A DNA stretch of 64,000 nucleotides from Chiloscyllium plagiosum (GCF_004010195.1 NC_057757.1:2318131-2382130), one strand, 5' to 3'. Shown: positions 37,599-51,248, numbered from the stretch's first letter. Made by a program: numbers and translations. Notes: a model not told the origin generated them from the letters alone.

Positions 37599-38208
37599 CT
37601 GAAAAGGAATAGGAGCAGCTTTGTAGAAACCAGCACGTGAGCAGCCACCTCTGCACCGACCGTCACAGCCATCGGCAAGGCTGGTGTAAAATGGAAGGAA
37701 AACAGAACAAAGCTCAGCAGGTGCCACAGCATCTGTCGAGAGAAGTTGGATTAATGTTTCAGTTCCAGTGACCCTTCCTCTGAAGAGGGGTCACTCGATC
37801 CAAAACATCACCTCCGATTTCTCTCTACAGATGCTGCCTGAACTGCTGAGCTTTTTCAGCAACTTCTGTTTCTGTTGAGCAAGGTTGATGTCACCAGTCA
37901 ATAGCACCCCGGACAATCAACGACCATAAGCCATTCCTGATGAAGGGCTTATGCCCGAAACTTCGATTCTCCTGTTCCTCGGATGCTGCCTGGCCTGCTG
38001 TGCTTTTCCAGCACCACATTCTCGAGTTTGATCTCCAACATCTGCAGTCGCACTTTCTCCCAGCCAATGACCTGCCTGGATGACATTTCCTGATGAAGGG
38101 CTTTTGCCCGAAATGTCAATTTTACTGCTCCTCGGATGCTGCCTGAACTGCTGTGCTTTTCCAGCACCACTAATCCAGAATCTGGATGACATTTCAGACA
38201 ATTTTTTT

Positions 38209-38456
38209 TTAGATTAGATTAGATTACTTTACAGTGTGAAAACAGACCCTCCGGCCCAACAAGTCCACACCGACCCGCCGAAGCGCAACCCACCCATAAC
38301 CCTACATTTACCCCTTACCTAACACTACGGACAATTTAGCATGGCCAATTCACCTGACCCTGCACATCTTTGGGAGGAAACCAGAACACCTGGAGGAAAC
38401 CCACGCAGACACAGGGAGAATGTGCAAACTCCACACAGTCAGTCGCCTGAGGCGAC
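38209..38456 (-). mobile_element. 5'-truncated HE1-type V-SINE
   Basis: V-domain and (TAATC)n tail. Confidence 0.85.
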
Positions 38457-38689
38457 AACTGTCCTAGTTCCAATCTCTATCCCTTCTCTTTGAAGTTGGC
38501 ACAAGTGCCAAAATATGAAGGGAACTTGAATATCGTTGAAAAGAGACATGTGGCTGAAGCTTTGCAACTTGCTCTGGATCAGGAGTTTTAAGATGGCCAA
38601 GCTGTAGCGTGAATATAATCCACTATCCTCACGGGAAGGTTCACGGAGTGAGCCGAGTGGACCGCAAACCTTTAAGGTGGGAGGTAGAG

Positions 38690-39050
38690 ATCTAACTTTC
38701 CAACATATAAACCATTCTCAGTTGGCGGCACTTCCAGTCTGGGGCAGAAGAATAATACCCACTCCAGGAGTCCTGAATGCAAAATCCAGGCGCATGCTCC
38801 CATTGCTGTGCTGAGGGAGTGCTGCGCTGCCAGAGATGCTGTCTTTGGGATCAGATGCTAAACTGGGGGGGGGGTGGGCCTTTCAAGTCGGCAGGAAAGA
38901 TCCCTTCGCCACCAATTTGAAAACGAACACTGCAGTTCTCCCAAGCGTCCTGGAGCCAATATTTATCCCTCAACCAACAAAGCCAAAGAGAAAACAAACA
39001 CTCCAGCTGTCGTCATGTTGCTATTTGTGGGATCATGCTGTGCAAATCGG
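38690..39050 (+). mobile_element. Old Deu-domain SINE (SacSINE1/AmnSINE1-like); related remnants at about 16170-16420, 35600-35860, 58080-58440 and 62680-62880
   Basis: ctgagggagtgctgc...gtcctgg..ccaatatttatccctcaaccaac...tttgtgggatc.tgctgtgc motif series recognised from memory of the family. Confidence 0.65.
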
Positions 39051-40144
39051 GGAGGTGCGGATGCAATCTGGAAAGAAGCAAGTATAGAACTGACATTAGG
39101 GGAAACCTTCACTCAGGAACTGAGCAACTTTAAGTACATTGAAGTCGTCATTGGACATGCATATGGACGTACATGGAATAGTGTAGGTGGGGTGGGGTTC
39201 AGATTGGTATAACAGGTCGGCGCAACATTGAGGGCCGAAGGGCCTGTACTGCGCTGTAATGTTCTATGTTCTACGTTCTAACCCATGGATGGACAGATAT
39301 TGGAGACTGCACAATTACAGTCAATGAAGGGGTGTTTGGACGGCTTGATGGGATCCTGTGGATGTTGAGTTTTTCTTTATTCGTTCACGGGATGAGGGCA
39401 TTGCTGGCCAGGCCAGCATTTACGACCCATCCCTAATTGCCCAGAAGGCAGTTAAGAGTCAACCACTTTGCTGTGGGTCTGGAGTCACATGTAGGCCAGA
39501 GCAGGTAACGATGGCAGATTCCTTCCCTAAAGGACATTCGTAAACTAGGTGGGTTTTCCCCACAATAGATTCACGGTCATCATTGGATTCTTAATTCCAG
39601 ATATTATCAAATTCCACCATCTGCCGTGGAGGGATTCGAACCCAGGTTCCCAGAACATCCTCTGGATCTCTGGATTAACAGTCCAGCGGTAAGGCCACTA
39701 GGCCATCGCCTTCCCAGGCGTGAGAATGATGTTGTTGTTCCTGTCCGAGAGACATTTCCACATCAGAGGGTGGCCCATTGGAGTCCATGCTGACTCTCTG
39801 GAGACCAATCAGAGCAGACTCAATCTCCTCCCCACATCCTGCTCTATCCAGGAGACCCCTGCAACTTTATTTCCCTCGAGTGTCCCTCCAGCTACCTTTC
39901 GAAGACGTGCTCTCTCTCACAACTACTTCCCCCACCACTCCTCCTCTCCACCCCTCCTGCACCTTCCCCGCTGTGCCCTCCACCCCCCTCCACACTCCTC
40001 CTCTTCTCCCCACACTCTCAAATCGGCACTGCTTTCCCGCCCATTAATCTGTGCGCAGCCTCATTGCGCGCACCATCAGCTAATGAGCTTTCTCCAGGTT
40101 AAGGGCACACGTCTAAGCAGCCAACACCATGACGGTGGGGGTAC

Positions 40145-40294
40145 CATTGGGACTCAGGTCCAGCATGGAGAATGGAGGTCCTCGCACGATCACTTCCTGC
40201 ATGATGATGGAGAAGCTGTAGACATCTCCGCAGAAAGTCCCCACCTTCTCGAGGCTCGGATCTCGAAGAAGCTCCGGGGCCGTCCAAAACCGGT
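40145..40294 (-). CDS. GUCY2D: Guanylyl cyclase kinase-homology domain exon (150 bp, phase 1->1)
   Basis: CAG/GTACCC boundaries; [13 protein letters not shown]...[20 protein letters not shown]. Confidence 0.95.
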
Positions 40295-40479
40295 CTGGTG
40301 ACGAGAGAGAAAAAAGAAAAACGTGAATCGAGTGGGAAACTTCTTTCCGTGAAATTAAGACGCAACATAGAACTCTCCTGGTGCTCATTTCCATACGGGT
40401 CTGTTAGGTTTGAATGCGTCGCCTCTCTCTATAAATAGGCCAGGGTGGAACAGCAACAACCAAATGCCAAACATGTCAT

Positions 40480-41570
40480 CGAGTCATAGAGCACGGAAAC
40501 AGACCTTTCAGTCCAACTTGTCCACGCTGACCAGATACCCCAGCCCAATCTAGTCCCATTTGCCAATGTTTGCCCCATATCCCTCTAAACCCTTCCTCAT
40601 ATAAGCATCCAGACGCCTTTTAAATGTTATCGTTGTACCAGCCTCCACCACTTCCTCTGGCGGCTCATTCCACACATGCACCACCCTCTGTGTGAAAAAG
40701 TTGCCCCTTAGGTCCCTTTTAAATCTTTCCCCTCTCACCTCAAACCTATGCCCAAGGCTGCAGATGCTGGAAACCAGAGTTTAGATTAGAGTGGTGCTGG
40801 AAAAGCACAGCAGGTCAGGTAGCATCCGAGGAGCAGGAAAATCGACGTTTCAGGCAAAAGCCCTTCATCAGGAATGGCTGAAGGGCTTTTGCCTGAAACG
40901 TCGATTTTCCTGCTCCTCGGATGCTGCCTGACCTGCTGTGCTTTTCCAGCACCACTCTAATCTAAACCCTTAAACCTATGCCACTTTAGTTCTGGTCTCC
41001 CCCACCCCAGGGAAAAGACCTTGTCTATTCACCCTATCCATGCCTCTCATGATTTTATAAACCACTATAAAGTCACCCCTCAGCCTCCGACATTCCAGGG
41101 AAAACAGCCCCAGCCTATTCAGCCTCACCCGATAGCTCAAACCTTCCAACCCTGGCAACATCCTTGTAAATCTTTTCTGAACCTTTCCAAGTTTCACAAC
41201 ATCCTTCAGGAGAAAGTGAGGTCTGCAGATGCTGGAGATCAGAGCTGGAAATGTGTTGCTGGTCCGACATTCCAGGGAAAACAGCCCCAGCCTGTTCAGC
41301 CTCTCCCTGTAGCTCAAACCTTCCAACCCTGGCAACATCCTTGTAAATCTTTTCTGAACCTTTCCAAGTTTCACAACATCCTTCCTATAGCATAGAGACC
41401 AGAACTGCACGCAGTGTTCCAAAAGTGGCCTAACCAATGTCCTGTACAGCTGCAACACAACCTCCCAACCCCTGTACTCAATGCACTGACCAAGGAAAGT
41501 GTACCAAACGCCTTCTTCACTATCCTGTCTCCCTGCGACTCCACCTTCAAGGAGCTATGAACCTCCACTC
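40480..41570 (-). mobile_element. CR1 3' fragment with two Penelope-type short insertions
   Basis: ORFs 40550-40738 and 40976-41458. Confidence 0.88.
40757..40970. mobile_element. Palindromic short Penelope-type element (family A) with 11-bp TSD
   Basis: Long inverted repeat flanked by AAACCTATGCC (40742-40752, 40972-40982) inside a CR1. Confidence 0.82.
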
Positions 41571-41799
41571 CAGGTGTTTGAAATTCTCCTCCCCAAATGG
41601 GACTTACAGGCTGAGTCACTGAATAAAGCTGAAAATAACTTTACACAAACTTTAATAAACAATGGAGTCAAGAGTGTGAAGGTGGAATGGGGTAAGAAAA
41701 TGGAGTAACAGACACAAACAGATTTTATTGTATAGTGGAGGTTGAGGGTAGTGAGGTCAGTGATAGGGTTTACAAAGTCAGGAGAGGACACCAGCAATT

Positions 41800-44700
41800 A
41801 GGACATTGGTTTGAAATGTGTGTACTTCAATGCGAGCAGCATCCAGAATAAGGTGGGTGAACTTGCAGCATTGGTTGGTCCTTGAGATCTCGATGTTGTG
41901 GCCATTTCAGAGGCATGGCTAGAGGAGGGTCAGGAATGGTTGTTGCAGATTCCGGAATTTAGACGTTTCAGTAAGAACAGAGAAGATGGTAAAAGACAGA
42001 TAGGTGTGGCATTGTTAATCAAGGGTAGTATTTCAGCAGCTAAGATAACGTTTGAGGACTCATCCACTGAGGTAGTTTGGGCTGAGGTTAGAAACAGGAA
42101 AGAAGTCACCCTGTTGGGAGATTTTTTTTAATTACATTCCCCTACAGTGTGGAAACAGGCCCTTCAGCCCAACAAGTCCACGCTGACCCTCTGAAGAGCA
42201 ACTCATCCAGACCCATTTCCCTCTGACTAATGCACCTAACACTATGGGCAATTTAGCACGGCCAATTCACCTGATCTGCACAACTTTGGACTGTGGAAAG
42301 AAACCGGAGCACCTGGAGGAAACCCACGCAGACACGGGGAGAATATGCAAACTCCACAAAGACTGTCGCCCGAGGCGGGAATCGAACCTGGGTCTCTGGC
42401 GCTGTGAGGCTGTAGTGCTAACCACTGAGCCACCATGTCACCCTATGCCTCCATTTCTATAGGTCTCCGAATTGTTCCAGGGATGTAGAGAAAGGATAGC
42501 AAAGATGACTCCCGATAGGAGTAACAGGATAGTTGTTATGGGAGACTTCAACTTCCTCAATACTGACTGGAAATACTATTCTTCAAGTAGTTTAGATGGG
42601 TCAGTTTTTGTTCAATGTGCGCAGGAGAGTTTTCTGACATGGTATGTAGACAGGCCAACAAAGGGCAATGCCATATTGGATTTGGTACCGGGGAATGAAC
42701 CCGACTAGGTGTTAGATTTGGAGGTAGGTGAGCACTTTGGTGATAGTGACCATTATTCAGTTATGTTTACAATAGCAATGGGCAGGGCCAGGTACATACT
42801 GCAGGGAAAGAGGTATAACTGGAGGAAAAGCTATTAGGTAAGATTTAGGATGCATAGGATGGGGAAGGAAACTGCAGGGGATGGACACACTTGAAAAAGG
42901 AACAGCTACAGTGTGTCCTTGATAAGTATATGCCTATCAAGCAGGGAGGTAGTTGTGGAGAGAGAGCCAAGGTTTACTAAAGATGTTGAAGCTCTTGTCA
43001 AGATAAAGAAGGCTTATATGAGGAGTGAAGGCTCAGTTAGGGGGCTTGAGAGTTATAAGATAGCCAGGAAGGACCTAAAGAGAGAGCTAAGAAGAGCCAG
43101 GAGGGGATGTGAGAAGTTGGCGGATTGGATCAAGGAAAACCTTAAGGCCTTCTATCGGTATATCAGGAATAAAAGAATGACTAGAGTCAGATTAGGGCCA
43201 AGCAAAGACAGTAGTGGAAAGTTGTGTGTGGAATCTGAGGGCATAGGGGAAGCGCTTAATGAATACTTTTCCTCAGTATTCACACTGGAAAAGGGCAATG
43301 TTAGTGAGAATACAGAGAAAGAGGCTACAAGGCTAGATGAGATTGAGGTTGACAAAGAGGAGGTTTTAGGAATTTTGGAAGATCTGTAAATACATAAGTC
43401 CCCTGGGACGGATGGGATTTATCCTCGGATTCTCTGGGAAGGCAGGGAGGAGATTGCAGGGCCTTTGGCTTTGATCTTCATGTCGTCATTGTCAACAGGA
43501 GTAGTGCCAGAAGACTGGAAGATAGCAAATGTTCCCTTGTTCAAGAAGGGGAGTTGGGACAACTCTGGTAATTATAGGCCAGTGTGCCTTACTTCAGTTG
43601 TGGGTAAGGTGTTGGGAAAGGTTATATGAGACAGGATTTATCATCTGGAAAGGAATAATTTGATTATGGATAGTCAACACTGTTTTGTGAAGGATAGGTC
43701 GTGCCTCACTAACCTTATTGAGTTCTTCAAGGTGACCAAACAGGTGGAAGAAGGTAAAGTGGTTGATGTGGTGTATATGGATTTCAGTAAGGTGTTTGAT
43801 AAGGTTCCACACGGTGGGCTATTGCACAAAATACAGAGTTTCAGGATTGAAGGTAATTTAATGGTTTGGATCAGAAACTGGCTAGCTGAAAGAAGACAGA
43901 AGGTGGTGGTTGATGGGAAATGTTCATCCTGGAGCTCAGTTACCAGTGGAATGCCTCAAGGATCTGTTTTGGGGTCACTGCTGTTTGTCATTTTTATAAG
44001 TTACCTGGATGTGGGCGTAGAAGGATGGTTGAGTAAATTTGCGGATGACACTAAGGTAGTCACAGTTGGGGATAGTGACAAAGGATTACAGAGGGACATA
44101 GCTAAGATACAGATTTGGGCTGAGAAGTGGCAAATGGAGTTTAATATGGAAAAGTGTGAGGTAGTTCACTTCGGAAGAAGTAACAGGAATGCAGAGTACT
44201 GGGCTAATGGTAAAATTCTTGGCAGTGTAGATGAACAGAGAGATCTTGGTGTCCTGTGCATGAATCCCTGAAAGTTGCCACCAAGGTTGATAGGGTTGTT
44301 AAGAAGGCATATGTTGAAGAAGTAACAGGAATGCAGAGTACTGGGCTAATGGTAAAATTCTTGGCAGTGTAGATGAACAGAGAGATCTTGGTGTCCTGGT
44401 GCATGAATCCCTGAAAGTTGCCACCAAGGTTGATAGGGTTGTTAAGAAGGCATATGGTGTGTTGGCATTTATTGGTAGAGGGATTGAGCTTCATGCTTCA
44501 AGGTCATGCTTCAGCTGTACAAAACACTGGTAAGGCCGCACCTGGGGTATTGCGTACAGTTCTGGTCACTGCATTATAGGGAGGAAGTGGAAGCTTTGGA
44601 AAGGTTTCAGAAGAGATTTACTGGGATGTTGCCTGGTATGGAAGGAAGGTCTTATGAGGAAAGGCTGAGGGAACTGAGGCTGTTTTCATTGGAGAGACGT

Positions 44701-45045
44701 TTGAGAGGTGACTTAATCGAGACATATAAGATAATCAGAGGGTAAGATAGGGTGGACAGTGACAGCCTTTTTCCTCAGATGGTGAAGGCTAACACGAGGG
44801 GACATAGTTTTAAGTTGAGGGGTGATAGATATAGGACAGATATCAGGGGTAGTTTCTTCACTCAGAGAGTAGTAAGGGCATGGAATGGCCTGCCTGCAAC
44901 AGTAGCAAACTCACCGACGTTAAGGGCATTGGACATATATATGGATAAAAATGTAACAGTGTAGGTTAGATGGGCATCAGACTAATTTCACAGGTCAGCG
45001 CAACATTGAGGGCCGAAGGACCTGTACTGCGCTGTAACGTTCTAT
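41800..45045 (+). mobile_element. Near-complete degenerate CR1/HER1-like LINE ORF2 (APE endonuclease + RT + 3' tail), interrupted by an HE1 SINE
   Basis: APE motifs YFNA.SI.NK, AISEAWL, MGDFNF, ILDLV, SDH; RT motifs DFSKVFDKVPH, PQGSVLG, KFADD; C-terminal LYKTLVRPHL..CVQFWS; 3' tail gggccgaagg.cctg. Confidence 0.93.
42130..42443 (-). mobile_element. HE1-type V-SINE inserted in CR1 ORF2
   Basis: Interrupts the endonuclease region of the CR1. Confidence 0.88.
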
Positions 45046-45212
45046 GGAGCAGGATGGAGGGACCGGATGGCCTATTCTCACTCCCATACATCAGGTTGTT
45101 ATTTCCTTAAACCCCACCCTGGTACACTTGGTAAGTTTAACTGCCTTTTTGAGGAAAGTCCCAAGTGTGGCTCTTGGCCAACACTAAGCTAACCATTGCA
45201 GAGCATCATTAC

Positions 45213-45369
45213 CTTCTGGCTTCGGATCCATCCATGTAACATTTTGAACTTCCAGTAACTCATTATAACCATAGTCCGTCACCTTTAAGACAAATCTTCC
45301 GTCTACCACACAGTTCCTGGATTTCAAACGCCCATGGACCAGTTGTCGGTGGTGAAGAAACTTCATACC
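45213..45369 (-). CDS. GUCY2D: Guanylyl cyclase kinase-homology domain exon (157 bp, phase 0->1)
   Basis: CAG/GTAATG boundaries; [34 protein letters not shown] (pseudokinase HGRLKS motif of retinal GCs). Confidence 0.95.
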
Positions 45370-45469
45370 CTGTGAAAAGCAGATGACAAACGTGAACCCC
45401 ACAGGATTTCAACTGTTGTTGCAAATCTGCTCCTGACCTCTTTCCAGCCTTGGTTCAAACATGGACCAA

Positions 45470-46700
45470 AGAGCTGACTTCCAGAGGGGAGGGGAGGGGG
45501 ACAGCCCTTGACATCAAGGCTGCATTCAACTGAATGTGGCATCAAGAAGCCCTGGCAAAACTGGAATCAATGGGTATCAGGTGGCAAACCTTCCAGTGGT
45601 TGGAGTCATACCTGGCACACAGGAAGGTGGGAGTCAAAAAGTGTAGTGCTGGAAAAGCACAGCCAGTCAGGCTTCCTCTACATAGGAGGGTGGCCATGGT
45701 TGTTGGAGGTCAGTCATCTCAACTCCCAGTTATCTCTACAGGAGTTCCTCAGGGTAATGTCCGAGGCCCAACCATCTTCAGCTGTTTCGTCAATAACTTT
45801 CCCTCTGTCATAAGGTCAGAAGTGGGGACGTTTGCCAATGATTGCACAACATTCAGCACCATTCGACACTCCTCAGATACTGAAGCAGTCCGTGTCCAAA
45901 TGCAACAAGATCTGGGCAATATCCAGGGGTGGGCTGACAAACGGCAAGTTACATTCCCACCACACAAAATGCCAGGCAATGATCACCTCCAACAAGAGCA
46001 GCAATCTAACTGCCGCACCTTGACGTTCAATAATGCTGCCATCACTGAATTCCCCACTATCCACATCCTGGAAGCTACCACTGACCAAAAAGTCAACTGG
46101 ACTCATCACATAAACACAATGGCTATAAAAACATGTCAGAGACTAAGAATCTTGTAGTGTGTAACACGCCTTGTGACTCCCCAAAGCCTGTCCAACATAG
46201 ACAAGGCACGAGTCAGGAGTGTGAGGGAATACTCCCCACTTGCCCTGGATGGGGGCAGCTCCAGCAACACTCAAGAAGCTTAACATCATCCAGTACAAAG
46301 CAGCCCCCGCTTGATTGGCACCACATCCACAAATGTCCACTCCCTCCAGCCCCGACGCTTAGTAGCAGCAGAGTGCACCATCTACAAGATGCACTGCAGA
46401 AACTCAGCAAAGATCCTCAGACAGCAACTTCCAAATCCATGACCACATCTATCCAGAAGGACAAGGGCAGTAGATACGTGGGAACATCACCCCCTTGCAA
46501 GTTGCCCTCCGAGCCCCTCACCATCCTGACTTGGAAATATATTGGCCGTTCCTTCAGTGTGGCTGGGTCAAAATCCTGAATTCCTTCCCTAAGGAACATT
46601 GTGGATCTACCTACAACACACGGACTGCTGCAGTTCAAAAAGGCAGCTCACCACCACCTTCTCAAGGGGCAACTAGGAACGGGCAATAAATTTTTGCCAG
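45470..46700 (+). mobile_element. Second non-LTR retrotransposon family (CR1/L2-superfamily RT + 3' end)
   Basis: ORF 45534-46157 WLESYL...GVPQG..GPTIFSCF.N...F(A)NDCT. Its 3' tail ttcaagaaggcagctcaccaccaccttctcaagggc recurs at about 29700, 33050 and 62470. Confidence 0.8.
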
Positions 46701-47069
46701 CCAGCCATCTCACATGTGAAGAAGAAAAGCTCATCTCCGTTTCATGGAAAGAGATGACAAGAATTTACAACCTTCAGGGTTGAATGAGGTAAGTTTACAT
46801 CCTGCCAGATCATTCAATCCTTATTTGGAACAATTCGGTTTTATCAACAGAGGTAGCTCAGTTATGTTTATAACTGTGAGACCCTTTAGAATTTTATTCC
46901 TCACTTACATCCTTTATCCCTTAAGCCATGCAAAGCTTTCCCCCTTCAAGAAATTTTCCAATCTTGAAAACCTTGATTGAATCTGCCTCTACCACACTTG
47001 TGGACAGCACACTCCTAACCCCCTGCTGTACAAAATCACAGAACTATAGAAAATAGGAGCAGTCTGGGG

Positions 47070-47712
47070 GACTTGGATAAAATGCAGATTTGGGCTGAGA
47101 GGTGGCAAATGGAGTTCAATGCAACTAAATGTGAGGTGATGCACTTTGGGAAGAATAACAGGAAGGCAGAGTACTGGGTCAATGGAAAGATTCTTGGTAG
47201 TGTGGATGTGCAGAGGGATCTTGGTGTCCATGTACATAGATCCCTGAAAGTTGCCACCCATGTGGATAGTGTTGTTAAGGCGGCATACGGTGTGTTAGGT
47301 TTTATTGGTAGAGAGATTGAGTTCCAGAGCCGTAATGTCATGCTGCAACTATACAAAATGCTAGTGCAGCTACACTTGGAATACTGTGTACAGTTCTGGT
47401 CGACCCATTACAGGAAGGATGTGGAAGCATTGGAAAAGATGCAGAGGAGATTTACCAGGATGTTGCCTGGTCTGGAGGGAAGGTCTTATGAGGAAAGGCT
47501 GAGAGACTTGGGTCTGTTCTCATTGGAAAGAAGGCGGCTAAGGGGGATTTGATAGAGACATACAAGATTATCAGAGGATTAGATAGGGTAGACAGTGAAA
47601 GTCCTTTTTCCTCGGGTGATGATGTTAGTTTGTATGAGGTTTTTCCTCGGGTGATGATGTTAGTTTGTATGAGGAGGCATAACTACAAATTGAGGGGTGA
47701 CAGATTTAAGAC
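47070..47712 (+). mobile_element. CR1 fragment
   Basis: ORF 47073-47552 WQMEFN.KCEVMHFG...LEYCVQFWS. Confidence 0.88.
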
Positions 47713-48168
47713 AGCCATTTGAGCCTGCTCCACCATTCAACATGATCGCGACTAATTAGTGAACTCTGTCCTCTGTTCCTGCTTTCTCCCTGTACCCTTT
47801 GACCCCTTTAGCACTAAGAACTATACCTAAGTCCTTCCCGAAAATATTCAGTATTTTGGTCACAACCGCTTTCTATGGCAGAGAATTCCACAGGCTCACC
47901 GCTCCCTCAACTTCTGTTCGCCTCAATCTTAAACAGCCTATATTATATCCTTCAACGGTGACCTTTGGATTTGAACTCCTCTTTATCCTCCAATTGCCTT
48001 AGATTCTTCTGTCATCCATCTTAAGTCGTATCTCCTGGTCCCCAACCCTTTGGAACTATTTGTCTCTCTCTTTCTATTCTGTCCAGAGCCATCATGAATT
48101 TGAACACAACGCTAACTTTATAGGCCATCCAAAAGAGAGACTTTGCGGGTCCTATAAAGTCTATTTAC

Positions 48169-48345
48169 CATAATCAGGTCGAGAAGAAGGGAGGATTTGA
48201 ACATCCAGTCGAGCTTCATGTCTTTATTCGTGATGAGGTCCTCCAGACTCCCCCTGGAGCAATGCTCAGTGACGATTGCGAGGATATCACAGTCATGAAA
48301 GAGCCCCAAGAATGGATTCACATTCTCATGTCTCAATTCCTGGAT
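48169..48345 (-). CDS. GUCY2D: Guanylyl cyclase kinase-homology domain exon (177 bp)
   Basis: CAG/GTAAAT boundaries; [16 protein letters not shown]...[11 protein letters not shown]...[15 protein letters not shown]. Confidence 0.95.
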
Positions 48346-48629
48346 CTGGAAAGATCGCTTTGTTACAAAAGGATTTACTGAAATAGGCCATTCAGTCCTT
48401 GGCAGCCAGTTGCCCAGCATAATTGAAAAATCAAGTGCCAAATTGTGATGATAAAACAAATTAAACAAGTTGCCATAATTCATAAAATACTGCAACCACT
48501 AAAGTAATAAAATAATTACACAATTTTGAACATTTCAGCATATAAATGCAGAATTAAAATGGAACATTTACTGTATTTCACAGCAATTTCAGTTCATTAA
48601 ATTCTCAATTATTGTCTGATTGTCACACC

Positions 48630-49205
48630 TCAGTATAGGGGGTCATGTTGAGGCTGTACATTGGTTAGGCCACTTCTGGAACACTGCGTGCAATTCTGGC
48701 CTCTCTGCTATAGAGAGGATGTTGTGAAACATGAAAGGGTTCAGAAAAGATTTACAAGGATGTTGCCAGGGTTGGAGGGTTTGAGCTACAGGGAGAGGCT
48801 GAATAGGCTGGGGCTGTTTTCCCTGGAGCGTCGGAGGCTGAGGGGTGACCTTATAGAGGTTTGTAAAATCATGAAGGGCTTGGAAAGGGTGATTAGCCAA
48901 GGTCTTTTCCCCCAGGGTAGGGGAGTCCAAAACTAGAGGTCATAGGTTTAAGGTGAGAGGGGCAAGAGTTAAAAGGGACATCTTTTTCACACAGAGGGTG
49001 GTGCGTGTATGGAATGAGCTGCCAGAGGAAGTGGTGGAGGCTGGTACAATGACAACATTTAAAAGGCATCTGGATGAGTATACAAATAGGAAGGGTTTAG
49101 AGGGATATTGGCCAAGTGCTGGCAAATGGGACTAGATTAATTTGGGAGATCTGGTCGGCATGGACGGGTTGGACCGAAGGGTCTGTTTCCGTGCTGCATG
49201 ACTCT
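48630..49205 (+). mobile_element. CR1 3' fragment
   Basis: ORFs 48661-48936 and 48953-49135. Confidence 0.88.
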
Positions 49206-50472
49206 ATATCCAATTAATGAGAATGGCAAAGGTACTGACACATGAATACCATTAGAAACCAGGATGAAGCAACAGTTAAAAAGGCAGACAAATGAAACAT
49301 CTTTACTGATAAACATTGAATTAAGGATTCTTTTAAGGTTGAAAAATAAGGGAGCTATGAAAGGAGCACGAAATGTCGCAAATAAATCAACTAGATACAG
49401 TTTTGTAAAGGAGGCTTTACTGAATAACGACAATGAAATGATACAATAACACATGAAATTGGGAGGAACACGTGCAAAGCAGGGGGGATCCAAAAATATA
49501 TTTTAAAAACAGAAGATCCTTCCACTGAAAATTCAGAAATATTAGAAACCCTCAGATAGTACCCCTCACGTGGTTTAAAAAAAAAAGACCAATCCGACAT
49601 CACCCTGCCCTGCGCAGGCTACCAAGGTTCTGGGCTCAATCTGCCATCCCTGCTTAGTGAAAGTGGGGGGACTCTCACACTGCAGGGTTAAAGATGAAGG
49701 AGTCAATGGGATGATGATGGAAGGGACCAATGAATCACTGAGTGCAGAATGAGGCCAGGTAGCCCATCGTGTCTACACCAGCTCTCTGAATGAGCGACTC
49801 ACTTTGCGTCATCGTCCGCCTTCTCCCAGTACTCCGATACATTCTTCCTTCTTGGGTAACTGTCTGATTCCATCCTCAATACCTCCACTGAACCCGCCTA
49901 CACCACAATCTCAGGCAGTGCATTCCAGACCCTAACCACCCTTTTCACTGGGTGAAAAGGCTTTGTCTCATTTTGCTATGGATTCTTTTGCTTAAAAACG
50001 TCAAATTAGCACCCTTTTTGATTCTTTCATGGTGGGGAAGGATTTCTCCCTGCATTCCCTCTGTAGAAGACAGCAGCAACTAAAAATATCGAAGATGGAG
50101 ATGGAGGGACCGATGCAATAAAGGGACAAGCAGACTGACTGAAGATGGAGTGAGTGCAAATGAGGGATTGAAGATGGAATTAAGGACTAAAGATGGAGGG
50201 AGAGAGACTGAGGGATTGAAGGTGGAAGGGAAGAGGCTACTGGGAGATTGTAGATGGAGGGACAGAATCACTGAGGTATTGGAGATGGAAGAAGCGGCAG
50301 AGGAATTGAAAATAGAAGTACCAACACATTGCTGGTCTTGCAGACAAAGGATACAGTTGACAGACTTGGCAGTACTACATTATCTCACTTTGGACAAGTC
50401 AGAAATGGGGATTTTTCCCCTTCTGGTTCTGAAGCACATTTGCTTTAGTTTAGGAATTAAAGAATAGCTCAC

Positions 50473-50553
50473 CTTAGAGAACACAGTTTTGGTCAAAGGT
50501 TTGACCTCGGTAAATTTTCCATTCCTGATCTTCTTCAGCCATACCCAGTCTCC
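50473..50553 (-). CDS. GUCY2D: Guanylyl cyclase kinase-homology domain exon (81 bp)
   Basis: CAG/GTGAG boundaries; GDWVWLKKIRNGKFTEVKPLTKTVFSK. Confidence 0.92.
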
Positions 50554-50934
50554 CTGTTCCATTAAGATTGCAGAATATATCAAGCATTAGGATAAAAACA
50601 AAAGGACTGTCCCATTGTGCATGCACCAAATCTTTGAAAGCCCTCTTACAATTTATGAATTAACTAACTCATAAATTAGTCCCACTCACCACAGCCTTGC
50701 AAATATTTTCTCTGCGAATATCTATCCAATTCTGTTTTGCTGATGTCATTCTATCCATGATCAGCCGTCCAAATGTATCTATCCCCCAAAAAGTGTGCGG
50801 TAGTCACCCAGTAAGACAGAAACGTATTGCAATGAACCAGTTCAGTGTCCTTCAACTCCCTACTACTTGACCCCACTCAAGAGTCCCTTCATTTGCAATT
50901 TGAATACATAAATACATTATTCCTACAAATTTAA

Positions 50935-51248
50935 ATTAGATTAGATTTCCTACAGTATGGAAACAGGCCATTTGGCCCAACAAGTCCATACCAACCCTCC
51001 ACAGAGTTTCACACCCAGACCCATTCCCCTACCCGATATTTACCCCTGACTAATGCACCCAACACTATGGGCAATTTAGCATGACCAATTCACTCGAACC
51101 TGCACATCTTCAGATTGTGGGAGGAAACCCATGCAGACACAGGGAGAACGTGCAACCTCCACACAGACAGTCGCTTGAGGTGGGAATCAAACTTGGGCCT
51201 CTGGCGCTATGAGGCAGCAGTGCTAGCCACTGAGCCACTGCGCCACCC
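50935..51248 (-). mobile_element. HE1-type V-SINE
   Basis: Same head, V-domain and tail. Confidence 0.86.

Noticed and set aside
44174..44456. ~140-bp perfect tandem duplication in CR1 (and a 34-bp one near 47605-47672)
   Set aside because: Near-identical duplications inside repeats of a gapped assembly are most simply overlap artefacts or trivial slippage.
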